39,981 nucleotides of DNA from Armatimonadota bacterium (GTDB taxonomy: Bacteria; Armatimonadota; Armatimonadia; Armatimonadales; Armatimonadaceae). Below the pieces are notes generated by a model. That model saw only the letters and a program-made list of their open reading frames with translations, was not told the origin of the DNA and did no database searches. This document shows positions 1 to 8,811 of this stretch, one piece after another (the stretch's first letter is position 1; every line of letters begins with the position of its first letter). The stretch spans positions 1-39,981 of the forward strand of contig JACMIU010000073.1 of the NCBI GenBank assembly GCA_014380985.1, given 5' to 3'. The translations under genes were made by a program, and so were the position numbers.

Positions 1-765
1 CTTGCTGATCGTATGGTCGCGGGGAATCAGCACGAAGCCGGGGCGGATGACTTCGCCGCTTACCAGCACTTGCGATTTCGATTCGTCGGAAGCGTTGATA
101 ATTAACGTATCGTTCGGATCCAAAGGTAGGTTCGACGCGGAACCCTCGTTGCTGTAGATAGCGTTCAGGTCAATCGGAATCAGTTCGCCGGTTTCGTAGC
201 GAATCAACGTGCCTTCAAACAGGTCGGTGCGGTCGGAGACCAGACCGCCCGCGTCCGAAATCGCGTCGCGCACGGTCCATCCGTCGCGCATCACACGTTT
301 GCCGGTGGTCTTCACGCCGGTTCCGGTCACGGCGACTTGTCGCACCTGACGATCCCGAACGGCAACCGACACCTGCGGGCGCACAAACTCTTTTTTCAGA
401 AAGGTGGTAATCTGCGCTTCGACTTGCTTGAGCGTTTTGCCGACCACTTTGATTTGTCCCATTTTCGGGTACGAAATTGTGCCGTCGGGAAGTACAGTTG
501 CCGCGACATTATATTCGGGCGCGTTCAGACAGGTAATGGTAATCGAATCTTCGCGGCTAATGCGGTAGTCGCTTTGAGCAGTCCGCGTCGGTTTGGCGGC
601 GGGCTTCACCGGGTCAGGGGTGGTGATGGTCGCCTTTACCGGTTCCGGTGCGGTTTGTGCCGGAGGAACCGGCGCGGTTTCGGGCGCGGCGACTTGCGCG
701 TAAGCGGTTCCGCCAAGCGCGAGGATATATAGGGAAATGCCTACCGTGGTTTTGATGGGGTTCAT
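1..765 (-). CDS. Polysaccharide export protein (Wza/OPX-like, Poly_export + SLBB); 3' end runs off the window
   Basis: Absent from the ORF track because it has no stop codon in the window. My reverse-strand translation from the ATG at 765-763 gives MNPIKTTVGISLYILALGGTAYAQ (signal peptide), then DYRISREDSITITCLNAPEYNVAATVLPDGTISYPKMGQIKVVGKTLKQVEAQITTFLKKEFVRPQVSVAV (Poly_export pattern), then LVSGEVIRPGFVLIPRD (SLBB-like). The frame stays open to base 1. It lies 77 nt downstream of the Wzc-like gene on the same strand. Confidence 0.8.
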   Translation of the reverse strand, partial: MNPIKTTVGISLYILALGGTAYAQVAAPETAPVPPAQTAPEPVKATITTPDPVKPAAKPTRTAQSDYRISREDSITITCLNAPEYNVAATVLPDGTISYPKMGQIKVVGKTLKQVEAQITTFLKKEFVRPQVSVAVRDRQVRQVAVTGTGVKTTGKRVMRDGWTVRDAISDAGGLVSDRTDLFEGTLIRYETGELIPIDLNAIYSNEGSASNLPLDPNDTLIINASDESKSQVLVSGEVIRPGFVLIPRDHTISK

Positions 766-841
766 GTGTTTCTTCACTCCTTCATTGCACCCCGCCTTCC
801 AAAAGTGCGGGGCGCGTTCCGTGTTGTGACGACCGCTTCGT

Positions 842-3106
842 TTATGCTTCGTCGTTGTTTTCCGTTGGCTCGACAATCGCGGCATTCGCTCCGCTCTTGC
901 CGTTGCCCTCGATGCGCTTGCGGTCGTCACGTGCCGGGGCGTACCCGCCCACCGATGAGCGTTTTTTGCCGCTCGTCACCGGAGCATAGCCGCTTTTCTT
1001 GCCGCCGACACCACTACCGGGCGCATACGGTGCGTAGCCCGAACCCATGTAGTATTTGCCGTAGTAGTAGTAGCCGCCGCCCGCGCCTTCCATCCGGTTT
1101 AGCACGGTTCCGAGGATATTGGCATTGCCACGGGCGAGCATTTCCTTGGCGCGTTTCACCGACGTTTTCTTGGTGTCGCCGTAGCCGACGACAAGCAGTG
1201 CGCCATCGGTTCGTGCCGCGAGAACCGTGGCATCGGCAACCGCGAGGGCGGGCGGCGTGTCGAGCAGTACCACGTCGGCGCGGGTTTCGACTTCGGCAAG
1301 GAATCGTCCCATCGCCGCCGACCCTAACAGTTCGGCGGGGTTCGGCGGGGGCGAACCTGCCGGGATGATGAACACGTTCTCGACCGATGTTTGCCGCATC
1401 ACTTCGTCAATGCTGTGCGAGCCGATAAGAATATCGGTCAGTCCCGGCGAAGCGTCTACCTTGAACAGGTGATGTTGCGACGGGCGGCGCAGGTCGGCGT
1501 CCACGATAATCACTTTTTTGCCGTCCATTGCCATCGCCATCGCAAGGTTGGCGCAGGTAGTGGACTTGCCTTCGGCGGGAACCGAGGATGTCACCACCAT
1601 CGAGCGCACCTGTTTGCCAACGGCGGCAAAGTTGATGTTGGTACGAAGCGTTCGGTACGATTCCATCAGCGGGCTAAATGTCGAAATATCGCGGATTAGG
1701 CGCAAGCCTTCTTCCTCGATGTTCGGGATATAGCCGAGGCTCGGCAGTTTCAACACCCGTTCGGCTTCGTCAGCAGAGTTGATACGGTCGTCGAACAGTT
1801 CTTGCAGAAGCGCAAGCCCCAAGCCGAGGAACAGCCCGATAACGGCGGCGAACAGAATGTTTTGTACGCGGTTCGGGCGCACCGGTTTGTCGCTTGCGGT
1901 GGCGCGGTCAATAATCGTCGCCATGTCCGATTGCGCGGACATGCTGGTTTGCAGGTCGCCGATGTTGGCACCATACGACGAGATTTTCGAGAGTGCCCCG
2001 GCACGGGTGTTAGCAAGTGTGTTGTTGATCTGCTCCAAGTTCGGAAGCGACGCGATGCGCTGTTTCTTTTTGGCAACGCTTTCCGCGCTTTCGGCGAGAC
2101 GCTTGGCAAGTACTACGGCTTCCGTGTTGTAGTTGTTGATCGCTTCGCGCAGTTGCAAGTAAACGGGATTGTTCGCGGAGGTGCGCTGTTGATAACTCGC
2201 TTCCGCTTTGATCAACCGTTCCTTGAGTTGCACAATCTCAAGATTCAGCGCGGTAATCGTCTCCGTACCGGGCTGTAGCGAGTCCAGCAGAACGGTGCGC
2301 CGTGTTTCGAGATCGGCGATTCGTTGCTGAAGCGATTGCACCAACGCATCCGCTTCCGGGGCGGGCGTGTTCGTCAGGGTCGGGCTGGTCGCGGCGAGTT
2401 GCGCTCGTGTCGCGGCGATACGGCTGTTGAGCGCGGCTTGCTCGGTGTCAATGCGTGAAAGTTCGGCGTTCGCCGCGTCAAACGAATCGGCGGCGGACTT
2501 GCGGTTTAGTTCTAACTCGACAATGTCATTCTTTTTCTTGAACAGAGCGATTTTCTTGTCCGTTTGCTCAAGAAGCGTCTGCGCTTTTTTCTGCTCATCA
2601 ATGGCATAGTCCAACGCCTTTTTGGTGCTACCGGAACGCAATTCCCTCATATGGTCGCGGTACGCTTCGAGCAGAGTATTCGTCGCTTCGGCGGCAAGGT
2701 TCTGGTCGGGGCTTTCGGCGTCTACTTGAATAATCGAAGTGCCTTCTAACGCTTGCACGGTGAACATAGGAAGTTCGCGCCCGTTGATTTTGTCGGAAAC
2801 CCGCTTTAGCATATCGGGGGTCTGGAGAAGTTCGACCTGCGTGTTGACGTTGTAGTTCTGGCTGATGCGGAACAACTGATCGAGCGGGTTATTCTGCGTG
2901 TTCAGGTTGATACCCGCCGATTGGGGTTCAATCAGAAGGCGGGCGGTGGAACTGTAGATATTGGTTTGGAACGATGTCCAAATAATGCCCACGATTACCA
3001 CAAACAAAAACGCTTGCAAGATAATGGCGCGGCGGCGGCGCAGAATATCGCCGTACTCGCGTAGGCTGATAGTCGGGGCGTCGTTGAGATCAAGTTGTTC
3101 GTTCAT
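842..3106 (-). CDS. Fused polysaccharide co-polymerase / BY-tyrosine autokinase (Wzc/GumC-EpsB type, PCP-2a)
   Basis: 754 aa. It has an N-terminal TM (AIILQAFLFVVIVGIIW), a long coiled-coil periplasmic region and a second TM (ILFAAVIGLFLGLGLALL). The P-loop domain carries Walker A PAEGKSTT, Walker A' VIIVDADLRRP and Walker B DVVLLDTPP. The C-terminal tyrosine cluster reads GGGYYYYGKYYMGSGYAPYAP. Confidence 0.9.
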   Translation of the reverse strand: MNEQLDLNDAPTISLREYGDILRRRRAIILQAFLFVVIVGIIWTSFQTNIYSSTARLLIEPQSAGINLNTQNNPLDQLFRISQNYNVNTQVELLQTPDMLKRVSDKINGRELPMFTVQALEGTSIIQVDAESPDQNLAAEATNTLLEAYRDHMRELRSGSTKKALDYAIDEQKKAQTLLEQTDKKIALFKKKNDIVELELNRKSAADSFDAANAELSRIDTEQAALNSRIAATRAQLAATSPTLTNTPAPEADALVQSLQQRIADLETRRTVLLDSLQPGTETITALNLEIVQLKERLIKAEASYQQRTSANNPVYLQLREAINNYNTEAVVLAKRLAESAESVAKKKQRIASLPNLEQINNTLANTRAGALSKISSYGANIGDLQTSMSAQSDMATIIDRATASDKPVRPNRVQNILFAAVIGLFLGLGLALLQELFDDRINSADEAERVLKLPSLGYIPNIEEEGLRLIRDISTFSPLMESYRTLRTNINFAAVGKQVRSMVVTSSVPAEGKSTTCANLAMAMAMDGKKVIIVDADLRRPSQHHLFKVDASPGLTDILIGSHSIDEVMRQTSVENVFIIPAGSPPPNPAELLGSAAMGRFLAEVETRADVVLLDTPPALAVADATVLAARTDGALLVVGYGDTKKTSVKRAKEMLARGNANILGTVLNRMEGAGGGYYYYGKYYMGSGYAPYAPGSGVGGKKSGYAPVTSGKKRSSVGGYAPARDDRKRIEGNGKSGANAAIVEPTENNDEA

Positions 3107-3152
3107 TGGCGGTGTCGTTCTTCGGCGCAGGGGATTCTTTGCCGAGGGTGTC

Positions 3153-3184
3153 GCCGGACACGAAACAGGGTTTGCGTGTCCGGC
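3153..3184. promoter_or_regulatory. Perfect 10-bp stem hairpin in the leader upstream of the Wzc-like gene
   Basis: gccggacacg (3153-3162), a 12-nt loop, then cgtgtccggc (3175-3184). It lies 47 nt upstream of the start at 3106 on the minus strand. There is no U-tract on either strand, so it is not a canonical terminator. Confidence 0.4.
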
Positions 3185-3388
3185 GAAAGGGTTCCTTCCA
3201 AAAGCGTTTTAGCGTGGCGGCGGGATGATTTTGAACCGGCGCGAACGTCCCGCAAGAATAGGGAGGAGTTGCCGGAATCGGGCGTTTCCTTAATTTCTTA
3301 GGGGGAACGTTTTTCTGCCACGCGCATTATACACCATACCGTTGCGGTTATGCACGTACCGCACGACAATTGTCGTCAGTGGAATATT

Positions 3389-3700
3389 TCACACCGGCAC
3401 GGGGAACGTTTCGCTTGGTTCAGAGGTAGCACCGGGCAAATCGGGCGGCATAAACGGCGCGGCAATGCACCAAGCGGTTTCGGCGTCCTGCGCCGCGTCG
3501 GCTAATTGCGCCGCGCAAGCGGCGAGCGACGCGGAAAGTTTAGCCCGCCCGCGTCCGCTATCGGCTTCGGAATCGCGCTCGATTTTCGCGGACAGGTCGC
3601 GCAAAAAGTCACGTAGCGCGTCGTAGCGCAAATCGCCAATCTCCTCCGCGAGTTCGGAAAGCGAAGCGGGATAATGTTCGATGCGGATAGGGTGATTCAT
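3389..3700 (-). CDS. Small hypothetical protein (103 aa)
   Basis: I trimmed the 182-aa track ORF to the internal ATG at 3700-3698 (MNHPIRIEHYPASLSELAEEIGDLRYDALRDFL...). The longer form would overlap the divergent gene starting at 3780. An AAGGAGA lies upstream of this ATG. No recognisable domain. Confidence 0.5.
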   Translation of the reverse strand: MNHPIRIEHYPASLSELAEEIGDLRYDALRDFLRDLSAKIERDSEADSGRGRAKLSASLAACAAQLADAAQDAETAWCIAAPFMPPDLPGATSEPSETFPVPV

Positions 3701-3779
3701 AGCGACTCGCAAGATTCTCCTTGCGAAAATTGTATCCATTCGATGCGCCGTATGCAAGCCATCGGGTATAACCGTTAGC

Positions 3780-5096
3780 ATGAAACAAGCCATCGCGTCC
3801 CTGCTCTGTGCCGCCGCTCTCAACCCATTTGCCGCCTTCGCGCAAGAGGGTACACCGAAGCCGCCCGCCCCGGTTGCCACGCCCGCGCCGGAGATAGACG
3901 CTGGGGCGATGGCAATCCTCAAAAAATCGGCGGACACGATGCTTGCGCTGAAAACGTTCCGCGCCGACTGCTACGAAACCGCGGTTTTTGAGCGTGATCC
4001 CTCCGGCAAATCGCGCCCGAACCAATACCGGATGTCCACGGTTGTCGCCGCCAAGCCTAACCGAATGCGCTATGACACTTGGACAATGAACGCGCCGCGA
4101 AACGATGGCAATTTCGCGGTATGGAAGCGCACGAAAGCCTCGCCAGAAATCGTGTTCGCCAGCAACGGCACAATATTATGGCAACAGTTCGGTGATATTT
4201 ACCGCGAAAGTGACAAGACGAGTGCGGAGTACCTGAACACGATAGGAGAACCGTGGGAAGGCTTTTACACCGCTAACAGTTCGCCCCATTCCAGTCTGCG
4301 TTACCGCCAAAGCCAGAACAATCTGCTTTCTCTGCGTCTCGAAAAACCGGAAACCGTGGCGAATATTCTGTGCGACGTGATTTCCTACCGCATCACATCC
4401 GAGTACGGCGGAACCACTATTGTAGCGCAAGCCCGCCTGTTTGTTGGGCGTGACGGTGTAGTGCGCCGCCGCACCGAAGCCATCCGGTTTGGCGATAAAC
4501 CGGGTTACGTCCGCGATTCGTGGATTCGTAATATCGCTTTGAACGCACCGGTCAAATCGCCGCGAACTACATTCGCCTACACGCCGCCGAAGGGCGTGAA
4601 AAAAGAGAAACCTACTCCGGTAGCCGAGCGCGAGGAGCCGCCTCTGCTCGCCAATGGAACCGTTGCGCCCGATTTCTCTGCGACCGACATTGATGGTAAG
4701 CCGGTGAAACTGTCCGACCTGCGCGGCAACGTAGTGGTGGTTGACTTTTGGGCGAGTTGGTGTCCGCCGTGCGTGGCGAGTATGCCGCACAATCAGGCGG
4801 TGATGAAGAAGTTGCAAGCGGAAGGGCTACCAGTGGTTCTCCTCGCCGTGGACAACTCCGAACCGCGCCCGCCGTTTGAAAAGTGGGTGAAAGACCATTC
4901 GCAGATGGACGCTTTACGCTTTGTCCACGCCGATCCGAAAGCCGGTATCAGTAACGGTCTATATAAAGTGAGCGGTATCCCGACGCAGTATATAGTGGAC
5001 GCGAACGGGCGCATTCGCTGGTCAACGGTTGGTTTTGGTGGCGAATCGGACGATCTCGAAAAAGCGATACGCGCCGCGCTTGCCGCGAAGCCGTAA
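3780..5096 (+). CDS. Secreted two-domain protein: LolA-like/lipoprotein-sorting-like N-domain fused to a TlpA/ResA-type thioredoxin
   Basis: Signal peptide MKQAIASLLCAAALNPFAAFAQE. The C-terminal roughly 150 aa carry the redoxin pattern GNVVVVDFWASWCPPCVASMP...VSGIPTQYIVDANGRI. The N-terminal roughly 270 aa resemble the outer-membrane lipoprotein-sorting (LolA/DUF2092-like) fold; that part is tentative. Confidence 0.8.
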   Translation: MKQAIASLLCAAALNPFAAFAQEGTPKPPAPVATPAPEIDAGAMAILKKSADTMLALKTFRADCYETAVFERDPSGKSRPNQYRMSTVVAAKPNRMRYDTWTMNAPRNDGNFAVWKRTKASPEIVFASNGTILWQQFGDIYRESDKTSAEYLNTIGEPWEGFYTANSSPHSSLRYRQSQNNLLSLRLEKPETVANILCDVISYRITSEYGGTTIVAQARLFVGRDGVVRRRTEAIRFGDKPGYVRDSWIRNIALNAPVKSPRTTFAYTPPKGVKKEKPTPVAEREEPPLLANGTVAPDFSATDIDGKPVKLSDLRGNVVVVDFWASWCPPCVASMPHNQAVMKKLQAEGLPVVLLAVDNSEPRPPFEKWVKDHSQMDALRFVHADPKAGISNGLYKVSGIPTQYIVDANGRIRWSTVGFGGESDDLEKAIRAALAAKP

Positions 5097-5098
5097 CA

Positions 5099-6421
5099 TT
5101 AATCGTCCTCGCGTCCGATGTGTGCGCCCAATCCACGCAGTTTGCCGACGATGTTTTCGTAGCCGCGTTCGACGTGGAACGTGTCGTAAACACGGGTTTC
5201 GCCGTCCGCCGCGAGCGCGGCGACAATCAGTGCCGCTCCGGCGCGAAGGTCGGTCGCCCGCACCGCCGCTCCGGAAAAGCGCGGGATGCCGGTGACTACG
5301 GCTTGGCGTCCGCCGTCCGCGACGACCTGTGCGCCCAACTTCGCCAGTTCGGTCAAATAGTTAAAGCGCGACTCGTACACCGTGTCGGTGACAATTGAAA
5401 CCCCATCGGCAAGTGCCAGCACGGAGGTGAACGGTTGCTGAAGATCGGTCGGAAAGCCGGGATGCGGCATCGCCGTGAGGCGCGTCGGCTTGATTCGAGT
5501 GCCGGGGTTGCCGAGAATCCGAACGCCCCCCGGCACATCCGTGGCTTCGACACCCATTTCGGCGAGTTTGAATAGCACGGCGCGAAGATCGGCGAACCGT
5601 GCGTTTTCCAAAACCACGTCGCCGCCGGTGATCGCCGCCGCCGCCGCGAACGTTCCCGCCTCAATCCGGTCGGGCATCACGGCGAACGTCGCGCCGTGGA
5701 GCGATTCAACGCCGCGAATGAAAATCGTGCCGGTTCCCTGCCCGGTTATATCCGCGCCCATCGTCGCAAGCAGATCGCCGAGGTTTTGCACATCGGGTTC
5801 CTGCGCGGCGTTTTGTATCACGGTTTCGCCGGGGGCAAGCGTCGCCGCCATCATGATATTCATCGTCGCGCCCACGGACGGCAAATCAAGATAGATATTC
5901 GCGCCTGATAGCCCGCTTTTGGGAGCGTAAGCACAAATCGCGCCGTGTTCGGCAGTCACGGTTGCGCCGAGCGCGGTCATGCCTTTAAGGTGTAAATCCA
6001 CTGCCCGCGCACCGATATGGCATCCACCCGGTTGCGGAATAATCGCCTTGCCAAGCCGCGCCAAAACGGGACCGAGAACCCAAAACGACGCCCGCATTCG
6101 CTCCACAAGTTCTACCGGGGCTTTGTGTTCGTGCAAACCGGAAGCGTTGATCCGAATCGTGTGACCGTCGCCCTCGAACGCCACTTTCGCGCCGAGACGC
6201 GAAAGCAGTTCGGCGAGTGTTTCGATGTCGGAAATGCGCGGTATATTCGTCAAAACTGTGTCGCCGCTTGCCGCCAAAAGCGCACCGGCAATCAGCGCGA
6301 CGGCGGCGTTTTTCGACCCGCCGATAGCCACCGTGCCGCAAAGCCGCTGTCCGCCGCGTACCACGATGCGCTTGTCGCCGCTATTTTCGCCCGTTCCACC
6401 GTTTTCCATGAACCGCCCCAT
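5099..6421 (-). CDS. murA: UDP-N-acetylglucosamine 1-carboxyvinyltransferase
   Basis: 440 aa. Motifs include VRGGQRLCGTVAIGGSKNAAVALIAGALLA and the active-site Cys context PQPGGCHIGARAVDLH, with a full-length EPSP-synthase-fold pattern. The true start may be the second ATG at 6409 (MENGG), which has better AGGA spacing. Confidence 0.93.
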   Translation of the reverse strand: MGRFMENGGTGENSGDKRIVVRGGQRLCGTVAIGGSKNAAVALIAGALLAASGDTVLTNIPRISDIETLAELLSRLGAKVAFEGDGHTIRINASGLHEHKAPVELVERMRASFWVLGPVLARLGKAIIPQPGGCHIGARAVDLHLKGMTALGATVTAEHGAICAYAPKSGLSGANIYLDLPSVGATMNIMMAATLAPGETVIQNAAQEPDVQNLGDLLATMGADITGQGTGTIFIRGVESLHGATFAVMPDRIEAGTFAAAAAITGGDVVLENARFADLRAVLFKLAEMGVEATDVPGGVRILGNPGTRIKPTRLTAMPHPGFPTDLQQPFTSVLALADGVSIVTDTVYESRFNYLTELAKLGAQVVADGGRQAVVTGIPRFSGAAVRATDLRAGAALIVAALAADGETRVYDTFHVERGYENIVGKLRGLGAHIGREDD

Positions 6422-6541
6422 CCTTGCCGCCGCTTGAAATATCGCCCTCAGTATATCCGCGTCACCGTTGTCTGTAAAGGGTACAATTTCGCTATTGGGA
6501 ACATTTGAAGCGGGCGCAAAGGTAGAAAAGGTACGAAAACT

Positions 6542-7120
6542 ATGGACGATTATTACCGCGTCCCCCTGTCCACCGCCGAGGCGACCGTTACCGTCGCCGT
6601 GCTTCGCGCCGTGTGTGCGCTTTTGCAGGAGCCGGGCGTATCGTCCGACATCGCGCCTGAAACCCTCGAATCCGCCGCCGCCCGCATCGAAGCGGAAATC
6701 CCGGATTTTTTAGCCGTTTCCGCAGAAAAACTGCGCCCGCTCCTCACCGAAGCCCTCGCGCAAGCCAACTTTGTTGCGGGCGACTCCGACACAGAAGGAA
6801 CGTCGCCGTTACCGCTTCGAATCGGTAGAACACGTCGGCTACTGGGGCAGGCGGAGCGTAGCACCGGCATTGCCGAGATTGAGTATTTTGTCACCAGCCG
6901 GAACGAATGGACGACGCGGCGCGTCCAAATAAGCGACGTTTACGAAAACGAGGGCGGTTGGTATCTGGAAGGCGAGTGTATGCTTCGCCGCGATCACCGG
7001 ATGTTCAAACTGGAACACATACGCGCTGTTCGCATCGTACAGGACGATGACGGCGAGGAAGAATTGGATCCGTTCGATGGGGAAGGGAACGCCGGACGCC
7101 GGCATAGCACACAAGAATGA
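6542..7120 (+). CDS. WYL-domain-like protein without a recognisable HTH
   Basis: 192 aa. The C-terminal half, IEYFVTSRNEWTTRRVQISDVYENEGGWYLEGECMLRRDHRMFKLEHIRAVRIV, fits the WYL pattern (Y..R.V.P/I......WYL.G.C...R..R.F.L..I). The N-terminal roughly 100 aa have no motif I recognise. Its stop overlaps the next gene's start (ATGA at 7117-7120). Confidence 0.6.
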   Translation: MDDYYRVPLSTAEATVTVAVLRAVCALLQEPGVSSDIAPETLESAAARIEAEIPDFLAVSAEKLRPLLTEALAQANFVAGDSDTEGTSPLPLRIGRTRRLLGQAERSTGIAEIEYFVTSRNEWTTRRVQISDVYENEGGWYLEGECMLRRDHRMFKLEHIRAVRIVQDDDGEEELDPFDGEGNAGRRHSTQE

Positions 7121-8124
7121 TGAATCTAAGTAGTTCGTTGGCGACCAAACCCGCGGAAGCACCGATTGTTCCGGCGTCGTCTGTTGCGTCGCCCGCCACC
7201 GCGCCGCTTCTCGAACCGGGTTTTTTGCGGAAACTGGAACGGCTGGCCCTCGGCGCGGAACGCGCCCCGACCGCACGCCTTCAAGGCGAACGTCGCACGA
7301 CCCGGCGTGGCGCAAGTCTGGAGTTCGCCGACTACCGTGAGTACACGGCGGGCGACGATTTGCGCTACGTGGACTGGAAAGCGTATGCCCGTCTCGACCG
7401 GCTTTTCGTCAAACTGTTCGTCGCCGAGGAGGATTTGGGGATTCACTTGCTGTTGGACGCTTCGGAAAGCATGAACTTTGTAGGAAACGAGGGTTCCTCC
7501 GCTCCGGCTCCCGCGCTCAACAAGTTCGCGTTTGCCCGTAAAGCCGTCGCCGCGCTCGGCTACGTCGGCTTGATGCGCTACGACCGCGTGGGCGTGACCG
7601 GTTTCGCGCAAGGCGGTTCGCTCGATCGGGCGATGGGCGGACGGCGCACCCCGACCCTGCGCGGTCGCCGCGCCACCACCGAACTGTTCGGCTACCTGCA
7701 AAACCTGCGCCCCGGCGGACGCACCGATTTTTCCACCGCCCTACAGGACTACGCCCGCCGCGCTTCGACACCGGGCGTGTGCGTGGTGGCGTCCGACTTC
7801 ATGGATCCGCACTGGGAAAAGGGCGTCAAGGCGTTGCTCGCCCGCCGCTTTCAGGTGGTGCTACTCCATGTATTGTCGCCGGAGGAGATGAACCCGACGC
7901 TTTCGGGCGACCTGCGCCTTGTGGATTCCGAAACCGGCGCGGTGCGCGACGTGAGCATTACGCCGGATTTAATAGTGCGTTACAAAGCCGCGCTTCAATC
8001 GTTCTGCGACCGGATGGAAGCCGTCGCCGCGAAATACGGCATGGAGTACATCCGCACTACGACCGACACGCCGGTCGAAGAGTTGCTGCTTTCTACGCTC
8101 CGGCGTAGCGGATTGCTTCGGTAG
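7117..8124 (+). CDS. DUF58 family (vWA-like) protein
   Basis: 335 aa. It carries the hallmark DUF58 stretch GASLEFADYREYTAGDDLRYVDWKAYARLDRLFVKLFVAEEDLGIHLLLDASESM, followed by a vWA-like core. Confidence 0.85.
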   Translation: MMNLSSSLATKPAEAPIVPASSVASPATAPLLEPGFLRKLERLALGAERAPTARLQGERRTTRRGASLEFADYREYTAGDDLRYVDWKAYARLDRLFVKLFVAEEDLGIHLLLDASESMNFVGNEGSSAPAPALNKFAFARKAVAALGYVGLMRYDRVGVTGFAQGGSLDRAMGGRRTPTLRGRRATTELFGYLQNLRPGGRTDFSTALQDYARRASTPGVCVVASDFMDPHWEKGVKALLARRFQVVLLHVLSPEEMNPTLSGDLRLVDSETGAVRDVSITPDLIVRYKAALQSFCDRMEAVAAKYGMEYIRTTTDTPVEELLLSTLRRSGLLR

Positions 8125-8811
8125 AAGCGGCGCGGGCGACAACTGATTGGCAAACACGATTCGCTCACTTGTTTTGCGAGTTTACCTCCTTGTCGTTGGA
8201 TACTACTTCGGCATTTTTGATGTGTCAGTAGGCGAGTCGAAGGATTTATAGTCATCCCCCGGCTGATGCTTAAATACCGTGCCGCCTCCGCGACTGTGAG
8301 TAGTCCCGATGTGCCGCCCCTGTATGGGTCGCCCCTTGTGTGTCTTTCGTGTCGCATAACACGGTTCTTCGCCTTTACCTTCCTATCATCATGCGCCGAT
8401 GTTCAACACCTACCCCCGCCTCCTCGCTCACCGACGCCCGTGCAGATACGCCGGTTATTCTCGTGTGTGGCGCAAGGCAGACTGTCAAGACAACGCTGGT
8501 GCGAGCCTATTGAGAATCTGCCGACAGCTTGTGCGCGGTATCGTGCTATATTCACGCGACGTTACCGTGGCATTTGGAGAAAAGTTATTCGCTGTGCCGC
8601 TCTCATTCCTTTGGCGGTAGGTGGAGCATAAATGCGGCGAAAAAGATTCTCGTTTCCTGACATCGCTTGTACAGGTCGCCTCGCGCCTCACCGCGAAGAC
8701 AGCGATAGAACACAGGAACACCGCGCCACCAACGACCGTCATAGCACCACAGTACCACTTGTTACATTACGTGATGCCCGCGCCCGACTGTTTCGTGCGG
8801 GGGCGGTTTGA

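Noticed and set aside
337-1368. Plus-strand ORFs of 131 aa and 200 aa at the left edge
   Set aside because: They are antisense to the OPX and Wzc-like genes. The translations are Arg/Cys-rich with no domains.
3363-3376. Perfect 14-bp palindrome acgacaattgtcgt just downstream of the 103-aa ORF
   Set aside because: It is short and AT-centred, with no flanking U-tract or repeat partner. It could be chance or a weak operator, and there is not enough evidence to call a feature.
3701-3937. N-terminal extension of the small minus-strand ORF (182-aa version)
   Set aside because: It would overlap the divergent secreted-thioredoxin gene by about 160 nt. The internal ATG at 3700 has an upstream AAGGAGA and leaves a normal divergent promoter gap.
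8125-8811. Known structured RNAs (tmRNA, RNase P RNA, SRP/4.5S, 6S) or a tRNA in the large spacer
   Set aside because: I looked on both strands for the conserved cores: GGAAAGTCCGGGC-type P4, the tmRNA 3' TCCACCA and tag ORF, the SRP GGAA/AGCA domain IV, and a T-loop GGTTCGAnTCC. None was found. The region is kept only as an unexplained spacer.
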